A stretch of 64,000 nt of DNA from Candidatus Brocadiia bacterium (GTDB lineage Bacteria > Planctomycetota > Brocadiia > SM23-32), in assembly GCA_046538485.1 (NCBI GenBank), contig JBKHIT010000003.1, forward strand, positions 1-64,000, written 5' to 3'. Positions 39,552 through 50,691 of this stretch are shown here, piece by piece (position 1 is the first letter of the stretch; each line of letters opens with the position of its first letter). The notes under the pieces are model-generated. The model saw nothing but the letters and a program-made list of their open reading frames with translations, was not told the origin of the DNA and searched no databases. The position numbers were made by a program, and so were the translations under genes.

Positions 39552-41063
39552 ATGGAAAAAAACAGCGGAGTGACAGCCAAAGATCTTTTTCAGCATGGCA
39601 GGGGCATAACGTACGATGATTTTATTCTCCTTCCCGGATATATTTCCTTCGGGTTGGATGATGTCGATATGGAAACTCAGCTCACCCGTGAAATAAGCCT
39701 GAAGAGACCTGTCGTCAGTTCTCCCATGGACACGGTGACAGAAAGCGAGATGGCTATTCGTCTTGCCCTTCTGGGGGGTATAGGGTTCATACACTATAAT
39801 AACACCGTGGAGGAACAGGTTCAGCACGTCTCCCACGCAAAACGGTTTGAGAACGGCTTTATAACCGATCCGGTGGTTCTTTCGCCCGATGATCGGATCG
39901 AAGATGTGGACCAGATTAAAGAAGAACACGGTTTCAGCGGAGTTCCGATTACCGAGGATGGAGAGCTTGGCAGCCAATTGGTAGGGATTGTGACCCGTCG
40001 AGATGTCGATTTCGAACCGAATCGTCAACGGTTGTTGAAGGAGGTTATGACAAGTGATTTAGTGACGGCGGCGGAGGGAATTACTCTGGAGGAAGGGAAC
40101 CGAATTCTTAAGGAAAGCAAGAAGGGTAAGCTGCCTATTGTGGATGATGATGGGAATTTGGTGTCGCTGATGAGTCGCACCGACCTTCGGAAGAATCAGG
40201 ATTTTCCCCTGGCAAGCAAAGACCCTTCGAAACAGCTGTTGGTTGGCGCGGCGGTAGGAACGCGAGAATGGGACCGGAAGCGCCTTGAAGCCCTCGTTGA
40301 CGCCGGGGTCGATGTTGTTGTATTCGACAGTGCTCAGGGTTATTCATCTTTCCAGACCGAGATTGTGAAATGGGCAAAAAGTCATTTCCCCGATCTCCAG
40401 ATCGTTGGTGGTAACGTTGTGACGGTAGAACAGTGCCGTGGGCTGATCGATGCCGGCGTTGATGCGTTGCGGGTTGGTATGGGCAGCGGTTCGATCTGCA
40501 TAACGCAGGAAACCGTGGCTGTTGGGCGTTCCCAGGGCTGTGCTGTGTACGAATGTGCAGCATTTTCACGGGACAAAGGTGTTCCTGTCCTTGCCGATGG
40601 GGGAGTTCGTTCAATCGGGCATATTGCCCGTGCCCTGGCGATTGGAGCTTCGACCGTTATGATGGGTTCCATGCTGGCCGGAACTGATGAAGCCCCGGGC
40701 GAGTATTTTTACGAAGGTGGAGTGCGACTTAAACGATATCGAGGTATGGCTTCCCTTGAAGCCATGGAAGAAGGTGGGGACAAGCGCTATTTTACGGAAG
40801 ACCAGCCGCTCAAAGTTGCTCAGGGCGTCAGCGGTGCCGTAGTGGATAAGGGATCGGTTGTCGATTACATACCATATCTTATGCAGGGCGTGAAACATAC
40901 AATGCAAGATATGGGTTATCGGACGCTCCAGGAGCTTCATGAGGCGCTGTATAAAGGCGAGCTTCGGTTTGAATCTCGAAGCATGTCAGCCCAGAAGGAG
41001 GGGAGCGTTCACAGCCTGCATTCCTTTAACGAACCACACCGTTTCACTCCGAGAAAAAAGTAA
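39552..41063 (+). CDS. guaB: Inosine-5'-monophosphate dehydrogenase (eukaryote-type) with CBS pair
   Basis: SSPMDTVTE, catalytic [28 protein letters not shown]. Confidence 0.97.
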   Translation: MEKNSGVTAKDLFQHGRGITYDDFILLPGYISFGLDDVDMETQLTREISLKRPVVSSPMDTVTESEMAIRLALLGGIGFIHYNNTVEEQVQHVSHAKRFENGFITDPVVLSPDDRIEDVDQIKEEHGFSGVPITEDGELGSQLVGIVTRRDVDFEPNRQRLLKEVMTSDLVTAAEGITLEEGNRILKESKKGKLPIVDDDGNLVSLMSRTDLRKNQDFPLASKDPSKQLLVGAAVGTREWDRKRLEALVDAGVDVVVFDSAQGYSSFQTEIVKWAKSHFPDLQIVGGNVVTVEQCRGLIDAGVDALRVGMGSGSICITQETVAVGRSQGCAVYECAAFSRDKGVPVLADGGVRSIGHIARALAIGASTVMMGSMLAGTDEAPGEYFYEGGVRLKRYRGMASLEAMEEGGDKRYFTEDQPLKVAQGVSGAVVDKGSVVDYIPYLMQGVKHTMQDMGYRTLQELHEALYKGELRFESRSMSAQKEGSVHSLHSFNEPHRFTPRKK

Positions 41064-41184
41064 CTTTCGAGTGCCCTCCCGTTTGATGTATCATCGATAG
41101 TGGTTTCCTGCGGCTGTTCCGCGGTCGAAGCGTTATTATTGTATCTGCTTGTTAAATGTGGTTTTAGTGAACACTGGGTAGCGG

Positions 41185-43029
41185 GTGAGGCACGTGTTTC
41201 GAATCCGTATTTGCATTCTTGTTTGTATGTTCCTGCTCGGGGGGGGTGTTTTATTGGCTCGTCTCGGGCAGATGCAAATTGCATGGCACGAGGAGTTTTC
41301 GCCCGAACAGCAGTTGCCCTCAACGCAGGGTCGCCCTCTGCCAACTGTCCGTGGGACAATTTACAGCGCAGATGGGGTTGAACTCGCCTATGACAGACCA
41401 TGTTTCGATCTATCCATCCACTATTCTGAACTGGAGAAAGAAGAATGGATTGACACTGTGGTCGGTTTGATGGAAGTTAACCGGGGAAATTTGAGGAAAC
41501 GAGCCCAATCTATCATCAAACGGGTCGAACGCATTTGGCGCGGAGTGAAGGAACATACCGGGTTAGAAAACCTTCGCATCGTTGAACAGGAGCAATACCA
41601 CCCGGTCGTAAAAGATATCCCCGCTGATGTGGCGGCGGCCGTGAAGGCTTTTCCAGAACGGTTTCCGAAACTTAGTGTTATTTGCCGGGCAAAACGGGTA
41701 TACAGCGAGAAATCGCTGGCCCCTCAGGTCGTCGGCCGGTGCGCCCCAATCTCTGCCGAAAAGTGGCGCGAGTTGAAAGCTGGTGGGAATATATGGACAA
41801 CGGAAATGCCGATTGCCAAAATCGGAAAACGGTACCGCCAGGACGATAGAATTGGGGTGAGCGGGTTGGAAAAATTCTATGAATCCGTCCTGCGCGGCCG
41901 ACGCGGCTACGTCGAGGAAGAGATCTATTTCCGGCCCCTCACTGTGGAAAGAAGAGAAAATGAGATCTCCCCGGAACCGGGCTACAATATTTACCTTACC
42001 CTGCGGGCGGATTTTCAACAGATCGTTAATGATAGCCTTCGGTGGGCCTCTGAGCAACCTCAGCTTGCTTTCAAGAGCGGCGCGCTGGTAATCGTTGGAG
42101 TAAAAACGGGGGCTCTTCTCGCCGCAGGCACATATCCCAGTTGCGATCGGGAACAGTACCGAAAACATTTTAAATCGCTTGTCCAGGCCGAATTTAGTCC
42201 GCTGCTTTTTCGCCCGACCCAAAGCGCGATACCTACTGGTTCCGTCTACAAACCTATCACAGCGATTGCTGGATTGGAAGAGGGGGAAATAACCCTTGCC
42301 ACCAGTTTCCGATGTGAGGGGCGCAAACGCTTCCATGGACGCTGGTTCCACTGTACGGGCTTTCACCGAGATATCGGTCTTTTGAAGGCCATTGAACGTT
42401 CATGCAATATCTACTTCTATGAAGTGGCCAAACGTCTGAAGGGAGAAAAACTGGCCAGCTGGGGCAAGTCTTTTGGCCTAGGACAAAATACGGGCATAGA
42501 TCTGCCATATGAACGGAGTGGTAATCTTCCTACACCGCAGACTCTTTTCGGTCGTTTGAACCTCGCGATAGGTCAGGGCAAGATTCTCTGTACCCCACTT
42601 CAGGTCGCCCGAGTCTACGCGACCATAGCGAATGGTGGAGTTTTAATTCAGCCCCATCTGCTTGACCGTGTTACCGGACCAGAGGGCGAGCTCGTTCGCT
42701 ATTTTGAGCCTGATATGAAAACCATTGACGTGAAAGCTGAGACTATGAAGGCTGTGAAACGGGGAATGTATCGAGTGACGAGTTCGACCGGGACCGCGCG
42801 TCATGCGGACCTGAGGCCATTTGGGGTCGCAGGAAAAACCGGCACAGCCGAGATCGGGATTGAGGGCATCAATCACGCGTGGTTCGCGGGATTTGCACCT
42901 TACGAAGATCCAAAAATTGCCTTTGCCGTGGTCAGTGAGCGTAATCCGGGACACGGAGGTAGCCACGCCGCTCCTATTATTCGGCGGGTCCTGGAGAAGA
43001 TCTGGCCTTCTGTTAAAAAAATGCCTTGA
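41185..43029 (+). CDS. mrdA: Class B penicillin-binding protein (PBP2/MrdA-like)
   Basis: N-terminal TM, RGTIYS, SVYK (SxxK), SCN (SxN), KTGT; exact start uncertain. Confidence 0.8.
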   Translation: MRHVFRIRICILVCMFLLGGGVLLARLGQMQIAWHEEFSPEQQLPSTQGRPLPTVRGTIYSADGVELAYDRPCFDLSIHYSELEKEEWIDTVVGLMEVNRGNLRKRAQSIIKRVERIWRGVKEHTGLENLRIVEQEQYHPVVKDIPADVAAAVKAFPERFPKLSVICRAKRVYSEKSLAPQVVGRCAPISAEKWRELKAGGNIWTTEMPIAKIGKRYRQDDRIGVSGLEKFYESVLRGRRGYVEEEIYFRPLTVERRENEISPEPGYNIYLTLRADFQQIVNDSLRWASEQPQLAFKSGALVIVGVKTGALLAAGTYPSCDREQYRKHFKSLVQAEFSPLLFRPTQSAIPTGSVYKPITAIAGLEEGEITLATSFRCEGRKRFHGRWFHCTGFHRDIGLLKAIERSCNIYFYEVAKRLKGEKLASWGKSFGLGQNTGIDLPYERSGNLPTPQTLFGRLNLAIGQGKILCTPLQVARVYATIANGGVLIQPHLLDRVTGPEGELVRYFEPDMKTIDVKAETMKAVKRGMYRVTSSTGTARHADLRPFGVAGKTGTAEIGIEGINHAWFAGFAPYEDPKIAFAVVSERNPGHGGSHAAPIIRRVLEKIWPSVKKMP

Positions 43030-43117
43030 AATCCGGCGATGACATTAGGCGGCCGGTCGGTTAAACTAATATGGATTTTTGCGGAAAAGGACGTCTCCAA
43101 AAAGGGAGGAACGGACA

Positions 43118-43573
43118 ATGCGTGCATTAAAAGTGTGTCTCTGGATTATAGGCGTGTTGTATCTGCTGTCCGTCGTGGGGTTATTTCTTCCGATGAGCAC
43201 TCTTGAGTCGCTCGCGCACGCGGTGGCAGAAGGTGAAATTCCGCAGTCTCCAGCCTTTGCATATGCGGTACGGGTTTTATCCGGCACTTTTGTGCTGATC
43301 GGTATCTTTTACATTATTCTTGCGCGGGAACCTGAACGATACCCTGTTCTTGTGCCGTTCTCCGGCGTAGGTTCGATAGCCATCGGACTTATATCGGGCG
43401 TCGCAGGGGGACTCGGTCAACTACCCATGGCGTGGTTCCTGGTAGATTGCTTATCTCTCTCAGGTTTTGGAGTTCTCATCCTGATTTTCTGGGGGATTTC
43501 CCAGAATAAGTCCCCGGAAGAACCGGAGCCCGTTGTCGATGAAAGCTTCGATGAACCGGACCTGAGTTGTTAA
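43118..43573 (+). CDS. Hypothetical membrane protein (about 4 TM)
   Basis: GGAGG RBS before ATG 43118; hydrophobic segments. Confidence 0.65.
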   Translation: MRALKVCLWIIGVLYLLSVVGLFLPMSTLESLAHAVAEGEIPQSPAFAYAVRVLSGTFVLIGIFYIILAREPERYPVLVPFSGVGSIAIGLISGVAGGLGQLPMAWFLVDCLSLSGFGVLILIFWGISQNKSPEEPEPVVDESFDEPDLSC

Positions 43574-43639
43574 ACAGGTTTTTACCGGGACCGGTGGGGT
43601 TTCCCGTATCCTGGTGTCATTCAGAAACGGCCAGTTTTT

Positions 43640-45421
43640 CTAACCCGTTGTATCCGTTTTGCCGCCTCTGACCTCGACCAATTCCTGGTCGGCCCACTGG
43701 ATATCTTCGGCACGTAGCTCAACATTGACGCGCCCATTGAAGCTGTTGATTATCGGTTCGAAGGCGAGACAAAAAGGTTCATCGCTTCTTTCCTGAAGAG
43801 GGTTGAGCCAGTCGGCTTTTCTAAAAGCGATGACTTTAAGGGTTGTGTCGTTTTGGCGAACCTTAAAAGATAAATGATTGCGGTGACTTCCCACGAGTTT
43901 AGGATTGCCCACCACTGTGAGATCGGTTGCGGCGAAGAGCGGGTCAGGATTGCCTTTTCCGAAGGGGGCGAGAACTTTGAATTCTTCCACCGCGGGGCGA
44001 GTTAATTGTTGAAGACCAATTTCTCCTTCGAGTTCCAGCTGCGGGACGGGCGGCTCGTCACCGAGTTTCTTCCGGGCCAGAGCGTTCATCTTCTCCCTGA
44101 AGGTATCGAGTTTTTCCAGCGGTAGGGTGAGACCGGCGGCGCCCTCATGGCCACCGAAACGCACCAGAAGCTCTTCGCAGTCGGCAATTGCGTTAAAGAG
44201 ATGAAAGCCAGGTATACTGCGGGCGCTGCCTCGAGCCAGATCTTCTTGTTCGTGGAAGACAAACGTTGGCCGCCAGAAACGTTCGGCCAGCCGTGAGGCG
44301 ACCAACCCCACCACGCCCGGATGCCATTCTTCGCTCGATAGCATGAGGCACCCGATTTGTTCAGGGTTATACTGTGCTTCGACTAACTGCTGAGCTTGTT
44401 CAGTGGCAAGACGCTGGATGCTCTGACGTTTTCTATTTTGTTTCTGCAAATGTTCAGCTATTTCGCTGGCTTCACGCGGGTTATCGGTCACAAACATATC
44501 CACCGCAGCCCGGGCATCGGCGACGCGGCCTGCTGCATTGAGGCGCGGGGCAAGCTGGAAACCTATGTGGTAAGTCGTCAAATTTGATTTGCCGGCAATC
44601 CTTGCTACTTCCATGAGGGCTTGAAGTCCAGGAATTCGTGACTGCGGAAGGATGCGAAGGCCAAAACGGGTGAGTATACGGTTTTCATCGACAAGAGGTA
44701 CGATGTCGGCAACCGTTCCAATTGCCACAAGAGGCAGCATTTCCATCAAATGTTCCCGGTAATCTTCGGGCATGGTTCCCCCGCCGGCGAGACGTTGCCC
44801 AAGAGCCCAGATGAGTTTATATGCGACTCCAACCCCTGCCAGACCTTCGTAACCGAATTCACATTGCCCAAGATGAGGATTGAGTATAGCACGGGCGTTC
44901 GGAAGCTCACCTTTTAGTTCGTGGTGATCTGTGATAATTAGATCGAGACCAAACTCGCTGGCTTTTTTGGCTTCTTTACGTGCTGATATGCCACAATCGA
45001 CGGTCACGACAACATCAGTGCCGCTGGATTTTATCTCCGATAACGCATCGCAGTTGAGACCGTAGCCTTCTTCAAGTCGCCGGGGGATATAATAGTCTAC
45101 TTCAGCGCCCAGGATTTTAAGAGACCGCACTAGAATTGCCGTCGCACAGATACCGTCCGCATCGTAATCACCATAAACGGTGACTTGTTTCCCCTCTTTT
45201 GCGGCGGAAAACAAAAAATCAGCGGCTTCTTTCAAAGCTTCGTGGTCACGGGGATCGTGCAAGTTGTGGAGTGATGGTTCAAGAAAAGCGCGTGCGTCTG
45301 AGAATTCTGTAAGCCCCCGATTCACCAGCAAACGGGCTGTCACTGGAGAGACTCGAAGGCGGTCCTGAAGTTGACGAACCGAGGTGGGCTCCGGGGCCGG
45401 GAATATCCATTTGCGTTCCAT
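43640..45421 (-). CDS. recJ: Single-stranded-DNA-specific exonuclease RecJ
   Basis: YGDYDADG, TVDCG, ITDHH, GTVADIVPL, PRLNAAGR, GSARS, GGHEGAAG. Confidence 0.97.
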   Translation of the reverse strand: MERKWIFPAPEPTSVRQLQDRLRVSPVTARLLVNRGLTEFSDARAFLEPSLHNLHDPRDHEALKEAADFLFSAAKEGKQVTVYGDYDADGICATAILVRSLKILGAEVDYYIPRRLEEGYGLNCDALSEIKSSGTDVVVTVDCGISARKEAKKASEFGLDLIITDHHELKGELPNARAILNPHLGQCEFGYEGLAGVGVAYKLIWALGQRLAGGGTMPEDYREHLMEMLPLVAIGTVADIVPLVDENRILTRFGLRILPQSRIPGLQALMEVARIAGKSNLTTYHIGFQLAPRLNAAGRVADARAAVDMFVTDNPREASEIAEHLQKQNRKRQSIQRLATEQAQQLVEAQYNPEQIGCLMLSSEEWHPGVVGLVASRLAERFWRPTFVFHEQEDLARGSARSIPGFHLFNAIADCEELLVRFGGHEGAAGLTLPLEKLDTFREKMNALARKKLGDEPPVPQLELEGEIGLQQLTRPAVEEFKVLAPFGKGNPDPLFAATDLTVVGNPKLVGSHRNHLSFKVRQNDTTLKVIAFRKADWLNPLQERSDEPFCLAFEPIINSFNGRVNVELRAEDIQWADQELVEVRGGKTDTTG

Positions 45422-45957
45422 AGCCTTGTCAGTATAGCGGGCTCACTGTCCTCAGGCAAGGCGCGCCTGAAATCCGTCATGTTGAGCCTGGAAGATGTTG
45501 TCGAGACCGTTGGTGTCGGCCGGGAAGATGCGACATCTCTTTGCCTGTTCGCGGTGTGAACAGCGCCTGTCCCAGCGAACAATGAAATCTCTCTACAATT
45601 ATTGACTGTGTCCATAAATATTTGCTTGGCATCGGCTTCAGAATGCAGGCCTCAAAGCGGGTTATGAATCCAACGTAAGTTGGATGTTGTTTATCTGTTC
45701 TCTGGTGCCCAATCTCGTCGTTCTGCTGATCCAGTAGAGAGACATTACTCCGGAAGGTACGCCGATTTGTAATGATACTTGAATTTGACTGGCTGATGCT
45801 GACGCGCGCCAATGTGGTTCCACGGTAACATGCCAGCGAGAGACGCTTTCCGCCGGAAGGTTTGTCTGTTATAGTGCTGATACAAAGGAGCGAAAATCGT
45901 CTTTTTAATCACCCGGACTGGGCTTTGCGAACCCTCAGATCTTCAGTGAAATATACA

Positions 45958-48270
45958 ATGCCCGCTCATGAGACATCGAAGATCGTTCTGCGAGGATTTT
46001 CCTGGCCCACGTTGTTCCTGCTGATACTTATTTTTTTATGCATCATGATTTTGACCTGGCGTGCCGTAGCACGTGCGGGGAGCCGTGGGGGGGCAGTGGT
46101 TCTTGTTTTGCTCCGCGGAGTGGCACTGGTTGCTTTATGCCTGGCAATTTTGCAACCGGAAATTGTCAGGAGAAAAACTGAGATTCTTCGAAGCGAGATC
46201 ATTGTTCTTCACGATGGTAGCATGAGCATGAATTTGCCTTCGGGGGCGGAGGCGCTCAGCCGTCAGGAAACCGTCCAAAAAGCCTTCGTGGCGCAGCCGG
46301 ATTTCCTGGATAGTATTCGACGCGATTTCAACGTCAAATTTCTGGAATTTGGCGACAAAGTTCTGGAAGGCGGCGAGGAGATGTTGCTTCGAGCCGAGGG
46401 CGGCAAAATGCCCCGAACGGATCTACAAAAGGCTTTAAAAACCGTGCTGGATGATCATGCGAGCGATGCGCTGGAAGGGATAATTCTCGTGAGCGACGGG
46501 GCCGATACGGAATTGAGCTCTTTGCCTCAGCAAAGACATGACACTCTCGATGGAGAGCTTGAAAGACTGGGCATTCCTGTTTTTACTTTGTGTCCCGTGG
46601 ATGGGACCGCCCTTTCGGATATTGCACTCTCCGGAATTCGGTGTTCCCGACTTGCTTTTGTGCGTTCACGATGGAAGGCTGATGTGCAAATTTCCACTGA
46701 GGGACTCTCAAGTGGTCGCTGCCACGTTGTCCTGCGCCGGAGGGGCAATATTGTTGATATTGCACAACTGAATTTGCGCAAAAACAAGACGCGCTATGAG
46801 GTAAGTCTATCCTTCGTGCCCGATAAGACAGGACGGACACTCCTGTCTTTCGAGGTTCAACCGCACCCCGATGAAAAGTATTACGCTAATAACCGCCTGG
46901 GAGTTGTGTTAAATACTGTCAGAGATAAAATACGGGTGTTACAAGTGGGCGGACGGCCGAGCTGGGATGTACGTTTCCTGCGCCGTTTCTTAAAGCAGAT
47001 TCCGACCGTTGATTTAGTTTCTTTTTTCATCCTGCGGGATCAAAGCGATAGACCTGAGCCCAGGGGCTCTGTGCGTGGAAGCTATGTAAATCTCATTCCA
47101 TTTCCAACGGAGGAATTATTTACGCGTGAACTGAGAACATTTGATATCATCATTTTTCAGAATTTCGACTATCGGATTTTTCTCGGCTATCGGGTCGATT
47201 TCCCGAGCTATCTTGAGAACATTTGTGAACATGTACTGAAACGCGGGGCAGGGTTTATTATGATTGGCGGGAATCAAAGCTTTGACCGCGGGCCGTACGC
47301 GGGGACGGGAATAGCACAAATACTCCCCGTCGATTTGAAAAAAGGTCAGGGTGCGATCGATGAACGTTCTTATAAGCCGGTCCTTACCGATTCTGGACAG
47401 AGTCATCCCATTACGAAAATCGAATCAGGAACAGAAGAAAATGATGAAGCGTGGCAACGCGCACCTGAACTGAACGGTTGTCACGTTCTCCCCGAACTCA
47501 GTAAAGACGCCCTGGTGCTGCTGAGACATCCGTTTTTGAAGGGTGAGCAGGAAGGGGTTCCGATTGTAGCCGTGAGAGAGACGGGAGAGGGCCGAACAAT
47601 GGCAATTTTGACGGACGAACTCTGGCGGTGGAGTTTTCGATCTGTTGCTGAGGGAGCTGGGATCAGCATTTACAACCGTTTTTGGCGCAACGCCTTACGG
47701 TGGTTGCTCGGTGAGACGGGCAAGGATAGGGTGGACTTGCAGGTTCAGGATAGGAAAGTTCATGCGGGCCAGGAAATCCGGGGCAAAGTAGAAATCTATG
47801 GTGCAAATTATAAGCCTGAAAAAAATTCACAAGTAGGGGTTAATTTGTTTAACAGCGAAGGGGATAAAAAGTTTGAGAAAAAGCTTGCAACTGACGAAGA
47901 AGGGAAAAGTTTATTCAGTCTTCCCGGGCAGCCCCATGGCGTTTATAAGATTGAAGCGGGTCGCTTATCGGCCGACAAAGCCGAACAAAGTGCGAGCGTT
48001 TATATCTCCGTTGAGACGGATCCACTTGAGACGCGTCATTTGAGTCCTGATGAGAGGTTGCTGGCGTGGATAGCGGAAGAAAGCGGTGGAAAGTTCTATA
48101 ACGTTGCTCGGGAAGATCTCCCGGCAGATTTACCTTTGGATGGAGGGCATGTCGAGAAGATGGTCGCTCGAGAGACCGATCCGCTCTGGAGCAATTGGGT
48201 GATGTATGGCGTGGTGGCCGCGTGTTTGATGTTCGAATGGTGGTTACGGCGCCGGCGCGGCCTGACATGA
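45958..48270 (+). CDS. Membrane-anchored vWA + glutamine-amidotransferase-like (DUF1355-type) protein
   Basis: N-terminal TMs, DGSMSM MIDAS-like motif, LVSDG, GFIMIGG..F, GRTMA...LWRW, C-terminal EWWLRRRRG. Confidence 0.7.
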   Translation: MPAHETSKIVLRGFSWPTLFLLILIFLCIMILTWRAVARAGSRGGAVVLVLLRGVALVALCLAILQPEIVRRKTEILRSEIIVLHDGSMSMNLPSGAEALSRQETVQKAFVAQPDFLDSIRRDFNVKFLEFGDKVLEGGEEMLLRAEGGKMPRTDLQKALKTVLDDHASDALEGIILVSDGADTELSSLPQQRHDTLDGELERLGIPVFTLCPVDGTALSDIALSGIRCSRLAFVRSRWKADVQISTEGLSSGRCHVVLRRRGNIVDIAQLNLRKNKTRYEVSLSFVPDKTGRTLLSFEVQPHPDEKYYANNRLGVVLNTVRDKIRVLQVGGRPSWDVRFLRRFLKQIPTVDLVSFFILRDQSDRPEPRGSVRGSYVNLIPFPTEELFTRELRTFDIIIFQNFDYRIFLGYRVDFPSYLENICEHVLKRGAGFIMIGGNQSFDRGPYAGTGIAQILPVDLKKGQGAIDERSYKPVLTDSGQSHPITKIESGTEENDEAWQRAPELNGCHVLPELSKDALVLLRHPFLKGEQEGVPIVAVRETGEGRTMAILTDELWRWSFRSVAEGAGISIYNRFWRNALRWLLGETGKDRVDLQVQDRKVHAGQEIRGKVEIYGANYKPEKNSQVGVNLFNSEGDKKFEKKLATDEEGKSLFSLPGQPHGVYKIEAGRLSADKAEQSASVYISVETDPLETRHLSPDERLLAWIAEESGGKFYNVAREDLPADLPLDGGHVEKMVARETDPLWSNWVMYGVVAACLMFEWWLRRRRGLT

Positions 48271-48336
48271 CTTTAGTTCAAGGCTGTGCAATTTTTAATA
48301 GATTTACAGGGACGAGGGAGGTTGTACAGCAGGATT

Positions 48337-50487
48337 TCAGCCGGCACCGAATTGGTCTGTGTTGGGATAGGAGGAAGTATTTGCCCGGACGGCCGGGAGA
48401 TAGCAATGAAGGGTGTAATCCATAACCATTCTGTCCGCGTTGAAGCGCCAGGCCAGCGATTTGATAGCTTGTTTTTGTCTTTCGATCCAGCCTCGCGGGA
48501 TACCATTTTTGTCTCGTTTGTAGAAGAGAGGGACCACGGTAGCTTCCAATGATTCGTAGAGTCGTTTGCTATCGAGGCGATCCTGTTCGTCAGGTACGGA
48601 ATGTTCTGTGCCTTCCCCTATGGCAAATCCATTCTGGCCATCGTAAGCTGAGGCCCACCAACCGGCCAGAATAGAGAGGTTTAAGCCGCCGTTTAGGACA
48701 ACTTTTTGTCCGCTTGTCCCACATGCTTCGAGCGGACGGCGAGGGGTATTTAGCCAGACATCGACCCCCTGCACAAGGTGCCGACAAACGTTGATATCGT
48801 AGTCTTCGAGGAAAAGGATTCGCCCTTTAAATCGGGGATCTTCTGAGGTCTGGATTACTTTTTGTATAACTCGTTTGCCGGGATCGTCCGCCGGGTGCGC
48901 TTTGCCAGCGCAAATAATCTGCACTGGGTTATCCTCATCGTTGATAATGGCGTTGAGTCGGTCGAGATCTTCCAGCAAAAGTTCGGGCCGTTTATAAGTG
49001 GCAAAACGCCGGGCAAAGCCAATAGTAAGAATCTCAGGTTCGAGACGGATGTCCGCATGATCAAGGAGGCGAGAAGCGTGTTTTTGCTGGCAGCACTGCC
49101 GACAGGCACAGCGGTGGATGTAGTGCATTAAATGGGCTTTTTGACTTCGATGTAAATCCCATAGTTCTTCGTCATCTATACGGTCTATATCAGCCCACGT
49201 TTCGGGATAACAGAGATGTTTCTCCCAATTTTGCCCCAGATATTGCGAGTAAAGTTGTGCCATTGGAACTGAGATCCAGGAACGAACATGTACACCGTTT
49301 GTAATGTGTTCGATAGGAACCCGGTTTTGGGGTTTTGCTGGCCAGAGGTGGTTCCACATCGCGCGAGCGACGCGCCCGTGTTGAGCGGAGACCGCATTGA
49401 CGCGATGGGACATTCGCATCCCGAGCGTTGTCATGCAGAGCGGCTCGCCATCGTCCTGAGGATTGGATCGACCCAACGCAAGGAATTCATTCGGAGAAAG
49501 TCCCAGTTTGCGTCGCAGCGGCCGAACAGTGCGTTCGACAAGCTCCGGTGGAAATCTGTCATGACCGGCTTCCACGGGAGTATGAGTAGTGAAGACCGAC
49601 GCAGCCGATGCTCTTTCACGAACATCCCTGAAACTCCGTTTTTCGCGTTCCATCATACTCCGCGCAAGTTCCAGTGCTGCGAAAGCACTGTGACCTTCAT
49701 TGAGATGGAGAACGCCAGGTTGAATGCCCAGGGCTTTAAGCGCCCTCAATCCGCCGACTCCGAGAACGAGTTCTTGCCGGATGCGTGTATCGGTGTTTCC
49801 CCCGTAGAGAGTGACTGTCAGATCGCGATCATCCTGATTGTTATCTTGCACGTCGGTATCCAGAAGAAGCAGGCGATTGCGACCGACCCGGGCAGACCAA
49901 ATGGCAATATGGACTCGGGAATCGCCTGTTTCCACTGCGACCTGCAGAGGTTTACCGTCCTTGTCTTTTTCGCGGTCCAGAGGCATATTAGAGACGTCGG
50001 CTTCCGGATATTTTTCCTGTTGCCAGCCCGTTTCGCCCAGCGCCTGATGGAAATAACCCCGGGCGTAAAACAAACCAACGCCGACAATGGGGATGCCCAG
50101 ATCGGAGGCACTTTTTAGATGGTCGCCTGCCAGAACGCCCAACCCACCGGAATACAATGGAAGCGATTCGTGAATGCCGAACTCAGCGCTGAAATAAGCC
50201 ACGGGGCGGGCCCGCAGGGCGCCGGCATGGTAGGCCCCCCACGTTTGAGATTGTTCCAGGTATTCCCGTAAGAGATGGAAAGCGTGATTGATACGAGCCT
50301 CAAGGGCCAGTTCGCTCGCTTTTTCCTCCAACTTCTCAAAGGAAAAACGCGTAAGAAACGCGATGGGATTGTGATTAACTTCCCGCCAGAGAACCGGATC
50401 AATATCCCGAAAAACATCGATAATTTCCGGTTCCCAGGTCCAGAAAAGGTTCCTGGAAAGTTTACGCAATTCTGCGGCGGTATCCAC
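48337..50487 (-). CDS. glgP: Alpha-glucan (glycogen/maltodextrin) phosphorylase
   Basis: YFSAEFG, YSGGLGVLAGD, HLNEGH, TNGVH, GFARRFATYKR, EACGTSGQK (PLP lysine). Confidence 0.95.
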   Translation of the reverse strand: MDTAAELRKLSRNLFWTWEPEIIDVFRDIDPVLWREVNHNPIAFLTRFSFEKLEEKASELALEARINHAFHLLREYLEQSQTWGAYHAGALRARPVAYFSAEFGIHESLPLYSGGLGVLAGDHLKSASDLGIPIVGVGLFYARGYFHQALGETGWQQEKYPEADVSNMPLDREKDKDGKPLQVAVETGDSRVHIAIWSARVGRNRLLLLDTDVQDNNQDDRDLTVTLYGGNTDTRIRQELVLGVGGLRALKALGIQPGVLHLNEGHSAFAALELARSMMEREKRSFRDVRERASAASVFTTHTPVEAGHDRFPPELVERTVRPLRRKLGLSPNEFLALGRSNPQDDGEPLCMTTLGMRMSHRVNAVSAQHGRVARAMWNHLWPAKPQNRVPIEHITNGVHVRSWISVPMAQLYSQYLGQNWEKHLCYPETWADIDRIDDEELWDLHRSQKAHLMHYIHRCACRQCCQQKHASRLLDHADIRLEPEILTIGFARRFATYKRPELLLEDLDRLNAIINDEDNPVQIICAGKAHPADDPGKRVIQKVIQTSEDPRFKGRILFLEDYDINVCRHLVQGVDVWLNTPRRPLEACGTSGQKVVLNGGLNLSILAGWWASAYDGQNGFAIGEGTEHSVPDEQDRLDSKRLYESLEATVVPLFYKRDKNGIPRGWIERQKQAIKSLAWRFNADRMVMDYTLHCYLPAVRANTSSYPNTDQFGAG

Positions 50488-50691
50488 AGCCCATTTCCTT
50501 CAATCCGGTGTAGTGTTTAAAAATCGAATTTAGCCCCGTTTAGTTACGCGAGTATAGCAAAGCAAGCTTTTGCTCACAAGATCAAGTCATCTATCTTACA
50601 GTGTTGCCCTTGATATGCGAGGGGTCGCAGCCTACACTCTTATGCGAAAGCGAGCTTCGATACAGGAGTTGTTCAAATAGGGGAAGCGTTT

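Noticed and set aside
45421..45957. Long divergent intergenic region with an ATCCAAC-GTAA-GTTGGAT hairpin and short ORFs
   Set aside because: One small hairpin and motif-less ORFs are not enough to call an RNA or gene
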